Positions 41,636 through 51,248 of a stretch of DNA of 64,000 nt are shown here, piece by piece. The notes below the pieces were generated by a model. That model was not told the origin of the DNA. It did no database searches and was given only the letters and a program-made list of their open reading frames with translations. The stretch spans positions 3,221 to 67,220 of IMG/VR virus record IMGVR_UViG_3300021139_001382, one strand, 5' to 3'. The DNA comes from a virus. Numbering within the stretch: position 1 is the stretch's first letter; every line of letters starts with the position of its first letter. The translations under genes and the position numbers were made by a program.

Positions 41636-42270
41636 AATACGATCTGGTATACTGTATAGGTGACAGTCAAACGCGGGGCGTTCACCAATTGGATGACACC
41701 TTAGGTGAGGTTACCTTGTTGAATAGGTTTAGCACTTTGATAGGCGAGTATTATCAACTACCGGTCCTTAATAAGGGAGTTCCTGGCTCCGGCAATGAGT
41801 ATGTGATGAAGACCTTATATACAGATATGCGAGAGTATCGACGGACCGGAGTCAATCCACTGGTGTTTTGCAGTTATACGGATGCGATGCGTAAAGAATT
41901 GTATTGTGCAAACGCAACCCCGCCGGGCCGGCACACTATAGGTCCGAATACATACTTTTCTGAAGAATTTCTCAAAGAATACTTTGTAAATCATTTTGAT
42001 TGGGATTCAATTAAATTGGATTCAGCTAAGTTGGTAGACTCCAGTAAAATACTGATGAAATACCTGGGTATTTCTTTTGTTGATGTATACTCAAATGAAA
42101 TACTTACAGGGTATGACTTCATCACCACAGAAGAACAAATGGAAATCTCGCTTATGAAGTACGCAGGCCCGGAAGGTATGTTTAATGGAGAAGGTCACCT
42201 GAATATTATCGGGCACCGAAAAGTCGCCGACTGGCTCATTGCGAAATGCAACCAGTTATATTTTAAATGA
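41614..42270 (+). CDS. SGNH/GDSL-like protein
   Basis: Block I GDSQT, block II NKGVPGSGN and C-terminal GHLNIIGH. Confidence 0.75.
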   Translation: MDIQTKLKYDLVYCIGDSQTRGVHQLDDTLGEVTLLNRFSTLIGEYYQLPVLNKGVPGSGNEYVMKTLYTDMREYRRTGVNPLVFCSYTDAMRKELYCANATPPGRHTIGPNTYFSEEFLKEYFVNHFDWDSIKLDSAKLVDSSKILMKYLGISFVDVYSNEILTGYDFITTEEQMEISLMKYAGPEGMFNGEGHLNIIGHRKVADWLIAKCNQLYFK

Positions 42271-43022
42271 AAAAAATGTATGTATGCGGTGATAGTTGGC
42301 TGTCACCGTCCGTTGAAACGCCCGGGTTGCACATGGCAGAGATAGTGGCTGAAAGACTACATTTTGAATTAGTCCCGCTGTCTCAAGGAGGAATGAGTAA
42401 CGGGGGAATATGCATACAGATCGACACCGCAATTGACCACCTAGCAGATTTCATTCTTATCAATACAACCGAGACTGACCGAATGGAACTTCCTATAGGG
42501 CAGCACGTTGGATCTAAATTTACCACCGCAGATATCAAATATATAAAAGGCCAGTATCAAAGTAGCCAGGTGCCATTTAATGGATCATCCCCTACCTTAA
42601 TCAGCAACTCTTTAAATTCTCTATTATCGGGTAAAGGGTTGGATGATCACCCTGAAAAAATAAAAGCGATAGAGGAATATTTCAGGCATCTGTTTAGTCC
42701 AGAATGGCACCGACAGATTGACCAGTGGTGCATGTATTCAGTATTACATAAACTACACTTATCGGGCATACCATATCTGCTGGTGCTTGACACACTAGAT
42801 ATTCCATCCTTCTGCCCTTTTATTGAAAATGTCACTCTTGATTATAATTCTTTCACCCTTAATACGTCGAAAGCAGCATCCATTCCGGGGTTCCGGGACC
42901 CGGGTTATCACACGCTGCCGGAGGCCCAGCAGCAAGCAGCGGATCATATTCTGAAATATATTGAGGCTAATCCCCGTATTTTTTCATCTCGCGGACAGGG
43001 TCATTCAACTTCTCAGCCATGA
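42267..43022 (+). CDS. SGNH/GDSL-like protein
   Basis: GDSW, SQGGMSN and DPGYH. The 3' end overlaps the convergent gene by 56 nt. Confidence 0.7.
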   Translation: MKKMYVCGDSWLSPSVETPGLHMAEIVAERLHFELVPLSQGGMSNGGICIQIDTAIDHLADFILINTTETDRMELPIGQHVGSKFTTADIKYIKGQYQSSQVPFNGSSPTLISNSLNSLLSGKGLDDHPEKIKAIEEYFRHLFSPEWHRQIDQWCMYSVLHKLHLSGIPYLLVLDTLDIPSFCPFIENVTLDYNSFTLNTSKAASIPGFRDPGYHTLPEAQQQAADHILKYIEANPRIFSSRGQGHSTSQP

Positions 43023-43317
43023 TATTTTTAAGAGTGTAGCGTTCTTCTAAAATATCTCTGCATGCCAGTGCTCGGCGACCTACTTCAGCCAGATCGTATA
43101 GTTTCTCAACACGGTACTTTTTGAAGTCATCTTCCAGATCCCATACACGGCGATGAACATCGTACAGTTTATCTAGTTCTTCCTGAATTAACTCAAAGTC
43201 AATGTCATGTAACTGCTCCGTGTAGAAGTCCAGTTCCTCTTGGTTAGAGCCGAGTTTGGCAAACTTTAACTTGGCAATACAGTAACGATCTACCAGTTCT
43301 ATTACGGGAAATTTCAT
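42967..43317 (-). CDS. Small helical protein, DUF6165-like
   Basis: PVIELVDRYCIAKLK...L.DV..RVWDLED...R..LK resembles small proteins often found beside sugar-modifying genes. ATGA-coupled to the methyltransferase. Confidence 0.55.
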   Translation of the reverse strand: MKFPVIELVDRYCIAKLKFAKLGSNQEELDFYTEQLHDIDFELIQEELDKLYDVHRRVWDLEDDFKKYRVEKLYDLAEVGRRALACRDILEERYTLKNIMAEKLNDPVREMKKYGD

Positions 43318-44510
43318 ATGGTGATTACCTTTGGAAAATATTTAAGAAAAATGTCAGTCGGCTCGTCACGAATTGTTTTGATTCGTGAGCGAATCTCTGT
43401 GAAGAAGTTCCAAGCCAGTGGCATGAATACGATTTTGTCATCTGGGCTAAACTCTTTTATGGCGTCAGAACCTTTGATCAGAATACGTTGCCCAGGAGTA
43501 TACATGTTTTGCTTCATCGGATTGTCATCAATGATAAGATCAAGTGGCACCTGAATATAGTTTAACAGCGTGTTGCCCTTTGCAGCAGCACCATATCCTA
43601 CTATTTTGTATCCCTCCCCTCTTAACCCCTCGATTGTATTTTTAAGAGTAACCATGTTAGCATTGACATTAGAAACCCAATCAACATACGTTTGCGGCCG
43701 CTGTAATGCAGCTTCAGTTGTCAGGACGTTTTGTATGTTGAATGGGCGAGATTCTCTTTTACTGAATACGAACACATAGCTGGTGCCGTGAATTGGAGTG
43801 CGAATTGCATCAATCAAAAAGAGTCCGGCACGCGCTGCCAACTTATTCATGCTGTTGATATTGAAATAGTTTACATGTTCATGGTAAATAGTATCAAACT
43901 CATCGTTCAGCACCATGTTCGCCTGACTAGTCTGGACGAATAGTTTAGTATTATCGTTCATCAGTTCTTTACAGTTCAGTAAAAATTGAAGTGGATTAGG
44001 ATTATGAGCCATGACATTTTGAGCAGTGATAGCATCAAACTGATTTGCTAATTTGGGCAGAACGTTATCACTGAAGAAGTCACAGACGATAGTGTGATTT
44101 TTAGAACTAGTTGGGTAGATATTTTCAGCAGGATCTACTCCCCAGGTGTCATATCCTAGTGATTTGAAACTATCTAACTGGGTGCCATCGTTGCAGCCGA
44201 TATCTAATACCCGGCGACTGCGATACATGTTACGACAACATTCATCCACATACGACGCGAACCAATCGCTATAGTCTTTCAGTGTCTTGCTTGTTCCGCT
44301 GACATACAGATAGTTCTTATAGATAAGTGCAGGGTCAACTACTGTAGTTAGTTGCAGATGGAAGCAATCTGAACAGAGGTATACTCCTAGAGGGAACGTA
44401 TCCTCTTCATCATCTGCGTGTATCAGATAACTATTAGCCAGAGGTTGCATGCCCAAGTCTAATGATAGTGTTGTGTTGTGTGACCCGCAGGCCAAGCATG
44501 TCTTATTCAT
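43314..44510 (-). CDS. NDP-sugar C-methyltransferase (TylC3/EryBIII/NovU-like)
   Basis: N-terminal Zn site CLACGS...LDLGMQPLANSYL...CSDCFHLQL, SAM motif LDIGCNDG, FDTIYHEHVNYF, and C-terminal GYGAAAKGNTLL...DDNP.KQ. Confidence 0.9.
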   Translation of the reverse strand: MNKTCLACGSHNTTLSLDLGMQPLANSYLIHADDEEDTFPLGVYLCSDCFHLQLTTVVDPALIYKNYLYVSGTSKTLKDYSDWFASYVDECCRNMYRSRRVLDIGCNDGTQLDSFKSLGYDTWGVDPAENIYPTSSKNHTIVCDFFSDNVLPKLANQFDAITAQNVMAHNPNPLQFLLNCKELMNDNTKLFVQTSQANMVLNDEFDTIYHEHVNYFNINSMNKLAARAGLFLIDAIRTPIHGTSYVFVFSKRESRPFNIQNVLTTEAALQRPQTYVDWVSNVNANMVTLKNTIEGLRGEGYKIVGYGAAAKGNTLLNYIQVPLDLIIDDNPMKQNMYTPGQRILIKGSDAIKEFSPDDKIVFMPLAWNFFTEIRSRIKTIRDEPTDIFLKYFPKVITI

Positions 44511-45408
44511 ATTTTAAAAATTGATTCCTGTTGCTAAATGTTGTTTGGTCAAACTTCGTGGTTAATTCGTCTACAATAGAACTGATATTTGCTTTGAATT
44601 CAAACCCAAATGTCCGTTGAAACTTGCCGGTGTCCATAATGAAGTCGTATACTCCAGTTATATCGGGCTGAGTATACACTGTAGTAGATAACACTGAACT
44701 TACATGACCGCTGATACCCTCAACCGAATCATAGAAACTAGCAAGATTGTATATACCCGATATCGGATTTTGAATGACTGTATCTATTGCCCGTGAAATA
44801 TCCGAGATGCCTAATATCGGTCGCACAATGTTCTTATTGTTGATAAGGATGCTTCCGGTTTCTATAGATCGTTTGGTCATTGAGTTGATCATCAGTTCTT
44901 CACGAATATTAGGACTCCAGCCATTGACTGTTCCAAACCTGAATCCAATGATATTATGTCCCTCAATGATCAATGAACGTGCATGAATATCCAGTGTATA
45001 CTTTGTCAGATCATAATGATTTATGGGCTTAAATGTAAGTTCAATGTCCTCATTGGTCGCGGCATGGGTATCGCCGTAGATGCTACCACTGCTGGCATAG
45101 ATAAGCGTTTGTTCTTTGTCTAGTTTCCGAACAAGATTTACAAAGTTGTTGACATTGTTGTTCCAACTAGAGAAGACTTCGCCGGCACACATCTTCACTG
45201 AACTATGCCCGGCCAGCAGAATGACTACATCATACTTGCGTAGATATTCTTTTGACAGATTTCGATAATCCTCTACTTGACTATAATTCAAATCTTTACC
45301 GAACCAACACGTATCGACACTTTGAATTTGATACGATTCATGTAGATCGTGGATCAACCGGGACCCTATGTAGCCGTTGCCGCCTAGTATTAAAATTGAT
45401 CTTGCCAT
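44503..45408 (-). CDS. NAD-dependent epimerase/dehydratase (extended SDR)
   Basis: Start re-assigned to MARSILILGGNGYIG (ATG at 45408). YASSGSIYG, YDLTK (YxxxK) and RFGTVNGWSP are present. Confidence 0.85.
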   Translation of the reverse strand: MARSILILGGNGYIGSRLIHDLHESYQIQSVDTCWFGKDLNYSQVEDYRNLSKEYLRKYDVVILLAGHSSVKMCAGEVFSSWNNNVNNFVNLVRKLDKEQTLIYASSGSIYGDTHAATNEDIELTFKPINHYDLTKYTLDIHARSLIIEGHNIIGFRFGTVNGWSPNIREELMINSMTKRSIETGSILINNKNIVRPILGISDISRAIDTVIQNPISGIYNLASFYDSVEGISGHVSSVLSTTVYTQPDITGVYDFIMDTGKFQRTFGFEFKANISSIVDELTTKFDQTTFSNRNQFLKYE

Positions 45409-45413
45409 AAATC

Positions 45414-45445
45414 TATTTATTGTGGTGTAAATCGGAGAATAAATA
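45414..45445. promoter_or_regulatory. Back-to-back late-promoter-like ATAAATA motifs
   Basis: Minus-strand ATAAATA at 45420-45414, 5 nt before the SDR ATG. Plus-strand ATAAATA at 45439-45445, 5 nt before the ATG at 45451. Confidence 0.6.
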
Positions 45446-45450
45446 TATGA

Positions 45451-46578
45451 ATGATCATTAATACATATTTTACCCATATGGGAGATACTACTGTTGAAGT
45501 AAGGCCCAATTCAGGATTATTGTGTTGTATTGGCTTGCCTGACGACCACAAATATTATTACCAAGAATTTAAACGGGCCCTGTTTCACATTGAACAAGCG
45601 GTGCCGCCCGAAGTAATGGACTCCATCCGAACGGACAATGACACATACCTGGTGTTGTGTAACAGCCACGAAGCGTTCCATGAGTCAGTCAATGAGGTCT
45701 ATCAGCACGTAGTCATTGGTCAGGGAATTCCTGAATATAAAATAATATTAATAAGTGAGTCCGCTGATATTCATGCTGAAGTTAAAAGAGTCTCTCAGTC
45801 GCTGGGGAAACAAGAAATTCAAGCAATATGGATGCGAGTATTTGAAGCAGCGTGTCAGCGTTATATAGAACACATGCCACCAGAAGTTTTTCCGGCAACT
45901 CTAGTAGACAAAGTATACGACAAGAAATATATTAACTTCAATCGCCGCTGGAGACTACATCGCCCCACTCTTGTTGCATTGTTAAAGATCAGAAATCTTT
46001 TGGATAAGGGATTCGTGAGTCTGGCACCGTGCGATGACCAGAATGATTGGAAAAGAGTTTGGCCCTGGATGTTAAGTCACCACTCGCCGGAAATTTCTTC
46101 GTTGCTGTTAGCACATGAACGTGAAATTTTTAATATTCCGGACCTGTATCTGGACACCGACGAACTAATGACTAACCGGGCAGATTTAGAAACTTCGTCT
46201 AACTATCTGTATGAAAACTCCTACTTCAGCGTAGTATCAGAGACAAATTTCTATGATTTCTCACCGGGTAGATTTGTCAGTGAAAAAGTCTTTAAGCCAA
46301 TTGCGTTTAAGCACCCATTCATAACAGTATCTCGCCCTAATACAATGTCGTTGCTTCGTGAAATAGGTTACAAGACATTTCATCCATGGATCGATGAAAG
46401 TTATGATCTTGAAACTGATGACAACCGGCGAATGTTGATGATAGTAGATGAGATAGAGCGCCTGTCTAATCTTACCCCCGCTGAGGTCACCTCATTCCTC
46501 GAGGGTGTTCGTGATATATGTGAATATAACACGCAGGTGTTATCAAAGAAATGGGTGTGGATTACTCCGCTTAACTAG
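45451..46578 (+). CDS. Putative GT10-like glycosyltransferase, close paralog of 40418..41635
   Basis: YFSVVSET...FVSEKVFKPIAFKHPFI...GYKTFHPWIDESYD. Confidence 0.55.
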   Translation: MIINTYFTHMGDTTVEVRPNSGLLCCIGLPDDHKYYYQEFKRALFHIEQAVPPEVMDSIRTDNDTYLVLCNSHEAFHESVNEVYQHVVIGQGIPEYKIILISESADIHAEVKRVSQSLGKQEIQAIWMRVFEAACQRYIEHMPPEVFPATLVDKVYDKKYINFNRRWRLHRPTLVALLKIRNLLDKGFVSLAPCDDQNDWKRVWPWMLSHHSPEISSLLLAHEREIFNIPDLYLDTDELMTNRADLETSSNYLYENSYFSVVSETNFYDFSPGRFVSEKVFKPIAFKHPFITVSRPNTMSLLREIGYKTFHPWIDESYDLETDDNRRMLMIVDEIERLSNLTPAEVTSFLEGVRDICEYNTQVLSKKWVWITPLN

Positions 46579-46579
46579 T

Positions 46580-47350
46580 ATGGATTTCAAAAAGTATAAA
46601 CGTTTATTTGTTTTTGGTTGTAGTTTTACATCGTATCGTTGGCCAACATGGGCAGATATTGTCTCGCAAGAGATTCCTGATGTTGATTACTATAACTTTG
46701 GTTTATGCGGAGGGGGCAATCTTCTAATGTCAGTGAGAATTACTGAAGCCAATCTTCGTTATAAGTTCAATGAAGATGATCTGATCATGGTCATGTGGAC
46801 GACCTTTTGTCGAGAAGATCGTTATCGCAATGGTTCTTGGATGATGTCCGGCAATATTTTTTCTGCACTCCATGATTATTCCGAAGAATTTGTTCGTAAG
46901 TATGCTGACCCCAAAGGATATTTGATCAGAGACTTAGCAGTGATCACACAAACTACTGCATTTTTGAAAACTCTTCCAGCAACTTCTATTACAATGGCCA
47001 GCGTTCCGTATGATCATCAACAGGACACGTCTGACACATCAGTTAAAGAAATTTTAGAACTATACAAAGACACGGTGCTTTCTACTCCACCGTGTTTATT
47101 CGAATTAGAAATGAACGGACAATGGGAAAACGGTCATGAATATCTTGACCCAAAGGAAATGTTTCGTGACTACCACCCGAATCCATTGCGTTACTATAAC
47201 TATCTGAAGAAACTTGGACTACCACTGAGTGGTAAATCTCTGAACTATGCTCAGAAATCAACTGAGGATCTACACCGGATTCGAACACGCGCTGAATTAG
47301 AGCTAAGTTTTTCGGAGATTAAACATAGTAAAGTTCGCCCTATACTATAA
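46580..47350 (+). CDS. SGNH-like protein (GCS variant)
   Basis: Start re-assigned to MDFKKYKRLFVFGCSFT. NFGLCGGGN and DYHP are present. Confidence 0.7.
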   Translation: MDFKKYKRLFVFGCSFTSYRWPTWADIVSQEIPDVDYYNFGLCGGGNLLMSVRITEANLRYKFNEDDLIMVMWTTFCREDRYRNGSWMMSGNIFSALHDYSEEFVRKYADPKGYLIRDLAVITQTTAFLKTLPATSITMASVPYDHQQDTSDTSVKEILELYKDTVLSTPPCLFELEMNGQWENGHEYLDPKEMFRDYHPNPLRYYNYLKKLGLPLSGKSLNYAQKSTEDLHRIRTRAELELSFSEIKHSKVRPIL

Positions 47351-47353
47351 AAT

Positions 47354-48166
47354 ATGCAACACATTTTTAAACATCTGGTTACTTCAGGCTGTAGTTTTTC
47401 AGCAAGATCGTGTCATTTATGGCCGCACTGGTTATCCATTAACATGTCTATACAGGGAGACCATCAATACGGATTAGCAAGTGCCGGCAATGCTTGGGCT
47501 GCTAAATCAATTATTCACGGAATTCAACGATTATTAGACAGCGGCACAGACCCGTCTGAGATATTAGCTTCTGTTATGTGGTCCGGCATTGACAGAACAG
47601 ACGTATTCATCTCCTCTGATGAGACACTGAATTATTCTACGTTGCTGTCCGGCTCCAGCGCGAACCCGGTAAATTATATCGATGAGACCGATAGTTGGGA
47701 AACAAATAATATAGACGGTTACCTAATGGGGACTATGGGGTGTGATTTTAAAAATCACCACATTAATCTTTTTAAAAGGAACCTAGTTACTAATTTTTTA
47801 TCAGACCAGGCCCTGGCCATTCAATCATATGAAAACTTTTTACGAGTGCAATGGTATTGCGAAAGTCATCAGGTGAAGTTAGTAAATCATACATACATGG
47901 ACATTCTGCACTATCCTACATATTCATACCAGAAACCCCATGCATGGCCAAATGTATTGTCTAAGGACACCTATAGTCGAAACATTGGTCCGCTTTATAA
48001 CATGATCGACTTCAGTAATTGGATTTTTTGGAACAAAACCGGCGGCATGTATGAATATGCTAGGGATAATAAGTTATCGTTCGAACTTGACGGAATGCAC
48101 CCCACATCGGAATCCCATCAGCATTATGTCGTTAATCATTTAATACCGGCTATATCAAAATTATGA
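47354..48166 (+). CDS. SGNH-like protein (GCS variant)
   Basis: SGCSFS, GLASAGN, VMWSG..R and DGMHP. Confidence 0.7.
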   Translation: MQHIFKHLVTSGCSFSARSCHLWPHWLSINMSIQGDHQYGLASAGNAWAAKSIIHGIQRLLDSGTDPSEILASVMWSGIDRTDVFISSDETLNYSTLLSGSSANPVNYIDETDSWETNNIDGYLMGTMGCDFKNHHINLFKRNLVTNFLSDQALAIQSYENFLRVQWYCESHQVKLVNHTYMDILHYPTYSYQKPHAWPNVLSKDTYSRNIGPLYNMIDFSNWIFWNKTGGMYEYARDNKLSFELDGMHPTSESHQHYVVNHLIPAISKL

Positions 48167-48855
48167 AATTATTTGTTGCAGGGTGTTCAATAAGCGATTA
48201 TACTAAAGTTAGTAAAGTGTATGGAGAATTTCTGGCAGAGAAGTTGGGATGTGAATATGTCCACGAAGGCGCAGGATGTGGCAGTAATTGGCGTATCTGG
48301 CGTGTGATTACTCAACATATTATGACGGGAAATTTAACTCCCGACGATATATTAGTGGTGCAGTATACCGGACGGGAACGCGATGAGTTTTGGTCAAGAT
48401 TTGACCCGCCTGTGTGGGAAATGGCTCCCAATACATTAGATCATCTGTGTGTCACTGATGTCCCTCAATATGGCGGGTCTGTAATAAGATATAAGGCAGG
48501 CGCCGGCATCTGGCAGGATGGTCAGCAGATAAAAGATTTCTTTGATACATATGAAAAAAATCATCTGTGTGTCGAATTTGAACGAGAGAGATTTTTAGCG
48601 CACAATTTTATGTTTCAAAATATGTTATTGATGAAAAACATCCGAACAATTTTTGTAAGATCCCGGCGTGCTGCGACATTGCCGATGAGTGAATTGTTTC
48701 CGGAATTTAGAAAAATATCATTTATTGAGCCGGCCGGCGATCTTACTATGTATGATCTTTCGTCTACTGATTCAGGACATATGAATCAACTAGGGCATGA
48801 AGTTTTTGCAGGATGGTTGTATGACCATATAAATACGTTTAACTTGAAAGGATAG
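48163..48855 (+). CDS. SGNH-like protein (GCS variant)
   Basis: AGCSIS, GAGCGSN and DSGHMNQLGH. Confidence 0.7.
   Translation: MKLFVAGCSISDYTKVSKVYGEFLAEKLGCEYVHEGAGCGSNWRIWRVITQHIMTGNLTPDDILVVQYTGRERDEFWSRFDPPVWEMAPNTLDHLCVTDVPQYGGSVIRYKAGAGIWQDGQQIKDFFDTYEKNHLCVEFERERFLAHNFMFQNMLLMKNIRTIFVRSRRAATLPMSELFPEFRKISFIEPAGDLTMYDLSSTDSGHMNQLGHEVFAGWLYDHINTFNLKG
48828..48835 (+). promoter_or_regulatory. T4-type late promoter TATAAATA inside the 3' end of the upstream gene
   Basis: Exact consensus 22 nt before the dehydrogenase ATG at 48858, followed by AAGGA. Confidence 0.55.
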
Positions 48856-48857
48856 AG

Positions 48858-51185
48858 ATGACAACTGTAGCAATGATCGGGGTAGGAAAATTAGGACAAG
48901 ATTGTGCTGAGGTAATGGCACTTCATTATGATGTTGTGGGATATGATGTGGTACCTCGCACGCCTACATTCCCTATGAAGTCGACAATTCAAGAAGCAGT
49001 GCAGGGCCGCGATCTAATTTTTATCGCCGCACCGACCGGACATGATCCAATCTACGGAGGCGAGACTCCTACAAGTCATCTGCCTAACAAGGACTTTGAT
49101 TACACAATCGTCACTGACATTCTCACCGAAGTCAACAAGTATGTAACCAAGGATCAACTTGTTGTGCTGATTAGCACCGTTTTACCGGGCACTGTCCGTA
49201 ACATTCTTGAACCGTGTATCACTAACGCAAGATTCATCTATAACCCGTATCTTATTGCTATGGGCACCACTAAGTGGGATATGATCAATCCTGAAATGGT
49301 TATCATTGGCACTGACAACGGTGACGAGACACAAGATGCAAAGATTCTCACTGACTTTTACCGGACATTCATGGAGAATAATCCGCGCTATGAAGTTGGC
49401 ACCTGGGACGAAGCAGAAGCTATCAAGATTTTCTACAACACCTTCATCAGCACCAAAGTTGTTCTGGCTAATATGATTCAAGACGTTGCAGAAACTAATG
49501 GTAATATTAACGTTGATGTTGTTACTAATGCTCTGAAACGTTCTACTCAACGTATCACTGGCCCGTCGTATATGACAGCAGGTATGAGTGACGGCGGCGC
49601 ATGTCATCCGCGTGATAATATTGCTCTGCGTTTTCTTGCAGATAGGCTGGGTCTCGGGTATGATCTGTTTGATGCTATTATGAAGGCGCGAGAAGTGCAA
49701 GCAGAACGTATGGCTAAACGCTGTGTGGCAAATGGAAATAACGTCACGATCATCGGTAAAGCATACAAGCCGGGCGTGCCATACTTAAATGGCAGCGGCA
49801 GTTTGTTATTAGGCCACTACATTGAGAAGCACGGTGGTCAGGTTAACTACTATGATATTCACACCGGCGATACTGATCTGAAAGCAGAATGGACACAAGT
49901 TTATATCATCGGTTATTGGGAAGACTACGTGTATGAGGCTCTCAAGTATGTCCCGGGATTCGCAACTGTCATTGATCCATGGCGACGTGGTATCACTAAA
50001 GAACAATGCCAGGCGCCTGTCATTAATTATGGTGATACCCGAAAAAAAAAAGTAATTGACCTACACGAATGGTCCGGGCAATTCTTCAACGATGAGTGGC
50101 CCGAACTATCTTCTTGTTCTGATCGCATATGTCTGATAGAAGAAATCGATTACATGTTCAATACTGTCGAAGACCTTTTGTCTGTAATAACGCCGGCAAT
50201 TGAGTCTGATAAGATAGTTGTATTCAATCGACCTGGAGAGTGCATGGGATTTCATGCACTTAATAAAGTCCAGCTTCTTTTAGAGAAGATTCCCGATCTG
50301 CCGCCCAATAAAATATTTTATGTAACGGGATCCGTGACGGGGATAGAAGATTATGACGCATATATTAGTGGCACCGACAAGTACAGAATGACCATACTCA
50401 CTCTGGGTAGAGGTCAAATGCTTCATTTCAGAGATAGTTTCCATTTTCCAGATGCACAGAACATCCTTGATAAAGAGTATGAAGTCAGAATAAAAGAGAA
50501 GAAATTTTTGTGCTTTAACAAAATTCATAAGGGTCACCGAGCATATATTCTTGCAAGAATGTTAGAGAACGGGTTGTTTGACCAATCTTACTTCTCATTC
50601 GAGGGCGCGTCACCCAATTGGATTAATCAAATTCAATTAGGTTATGACTGGGCACCCGTTATCAAAGACCAACTCACTAAGCACATAAGCAAGTTCCCCA
50701 TTAGGTTAAATATAACTACCGAACGTAGTAATCCGGTGCAGTTTCACATAGATGATATTGGATATCATGCTAATAGTTATTTTAGTGTAATTACTGAAAC
50801 AGTTTTTTATAAAGATAGAAATTTACCTAGGTCGTCTTTTTACGACAACGTGGGTGGGATATTTTTCACAGAAAAAACTGGACGACCATTGTTGCTAAAA
50901 CATCCTTTTATCCTGGCTGGCTACGTCAATTCACTATCTGCACTCAGGGACATGGGATTCAAAACTTTTCATCCGTTTATTGATGAAACATATGATACTG
51001 AGGAAGATGATAAAAGATTGGACATGGTTGTTGCGGAGACCGAGCGCCTTTGTAAATTCACCGATGATGAATGGTTACATTGGCAAGCATCAATCAAGGA
51101 AATAGTTGAACACAACTATAACACCTTGATTCAAATGAAAAGTTACCATGGCATGGATAGTATCCAACACAAAATAAGTGGGTAA
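48858..51185 (+). CDS. UDP-glucose/GDP-mannose 6-dehydrogenase family domain fused to a GT10-like domain
   Basis: Residues 1-395 carry GVGKLG, STVLPGT, YNP, EAIKIFYNTF (catalytic Lys) and GGACHPRD (catalytic Cys). Residues ~400-775 carry YFSVITET...FFTEKTGRP...HPFILAG...GFKTFHPFIDETYD. An A10 tract lies at the junction. Confidence 0.85.
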   Translation: MTTVAMIGVGKLGQDCAEVMALHYDVVGYDVVPRTPTFPMKSTIQEAVQGRDLIFIAAPTGHDPIYGGETPTSHLPNKDFDYTIVTDILTEVNKYVTKDQLVVLISTVLPGTVRNILEPCITNARFIYNPYLIAMGTTKWDMINPEMVIIGTDNGDETQDAKILTDFYRTFMENNPRYEVGTWDEAEAIKIFYNTFISTKVVLANMIQDVAETNGNINVDVVTNALKRSTQRITGPSYMTAGMSDGGACHPRDNIALRFLADRLGLGYDLFDAIMKAREVQAERMAKRCVANGNNVTIIGKAYKPGVPYLNGSGSLLLGHYIEKHGGQVNYYDIHTGDTDLKAEWTQVYIIGYWEDYVYEALKYVPGFATVIDPWRRGITKEQCQAPVINYGDTRKKKVIDLHEWSGQFFNDEWPELSSCSDRICLIEEIDYMFNTVEDLLSVITPAIESDKIVVFNRPGECMGFHALNKVQLLLEKIPDLPPNKIFYVTGSVTGIEDYDAYISGTDKYRMTILTLGRGQMLHFRDSFHFPDAQNILDKEYEVRIKEKKFLCFNKIHKGHRAYILARMLENGLFDQSYFSFEGASPNWINQIQLGYDWAPVIKDQLTKHISKFPIRLNITTERSNPVQFHIDDIGYHANSYFSVITETVFYKDRNLPRSSFYDNVGGIFFTEKTGRPLLLKHPFILAGYVNSLSALRDMGFKTFHPFIDETYDTEEDDKRLDMVVAETERLCKFTDDEWLHWQASIKEIVEHNYNTLIQMKSYHGMDSIQHKISG

Positions 51186-51196
51186 GAAAACTCTCT

Positions 51197-51204
51197 CATA
51201 AATA
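51197..51204 (+). promoter_or_regulatory. Late-promoter-like motif CATAAATA
   Basis: In the intergenic gap before the B12 radical SAM gene. Confidence 0.45.
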
Positions 51205-51248
51205 TATGATAAGCATGTGTTTTGCACTGCTGATTTTGGAAAGAGTAA

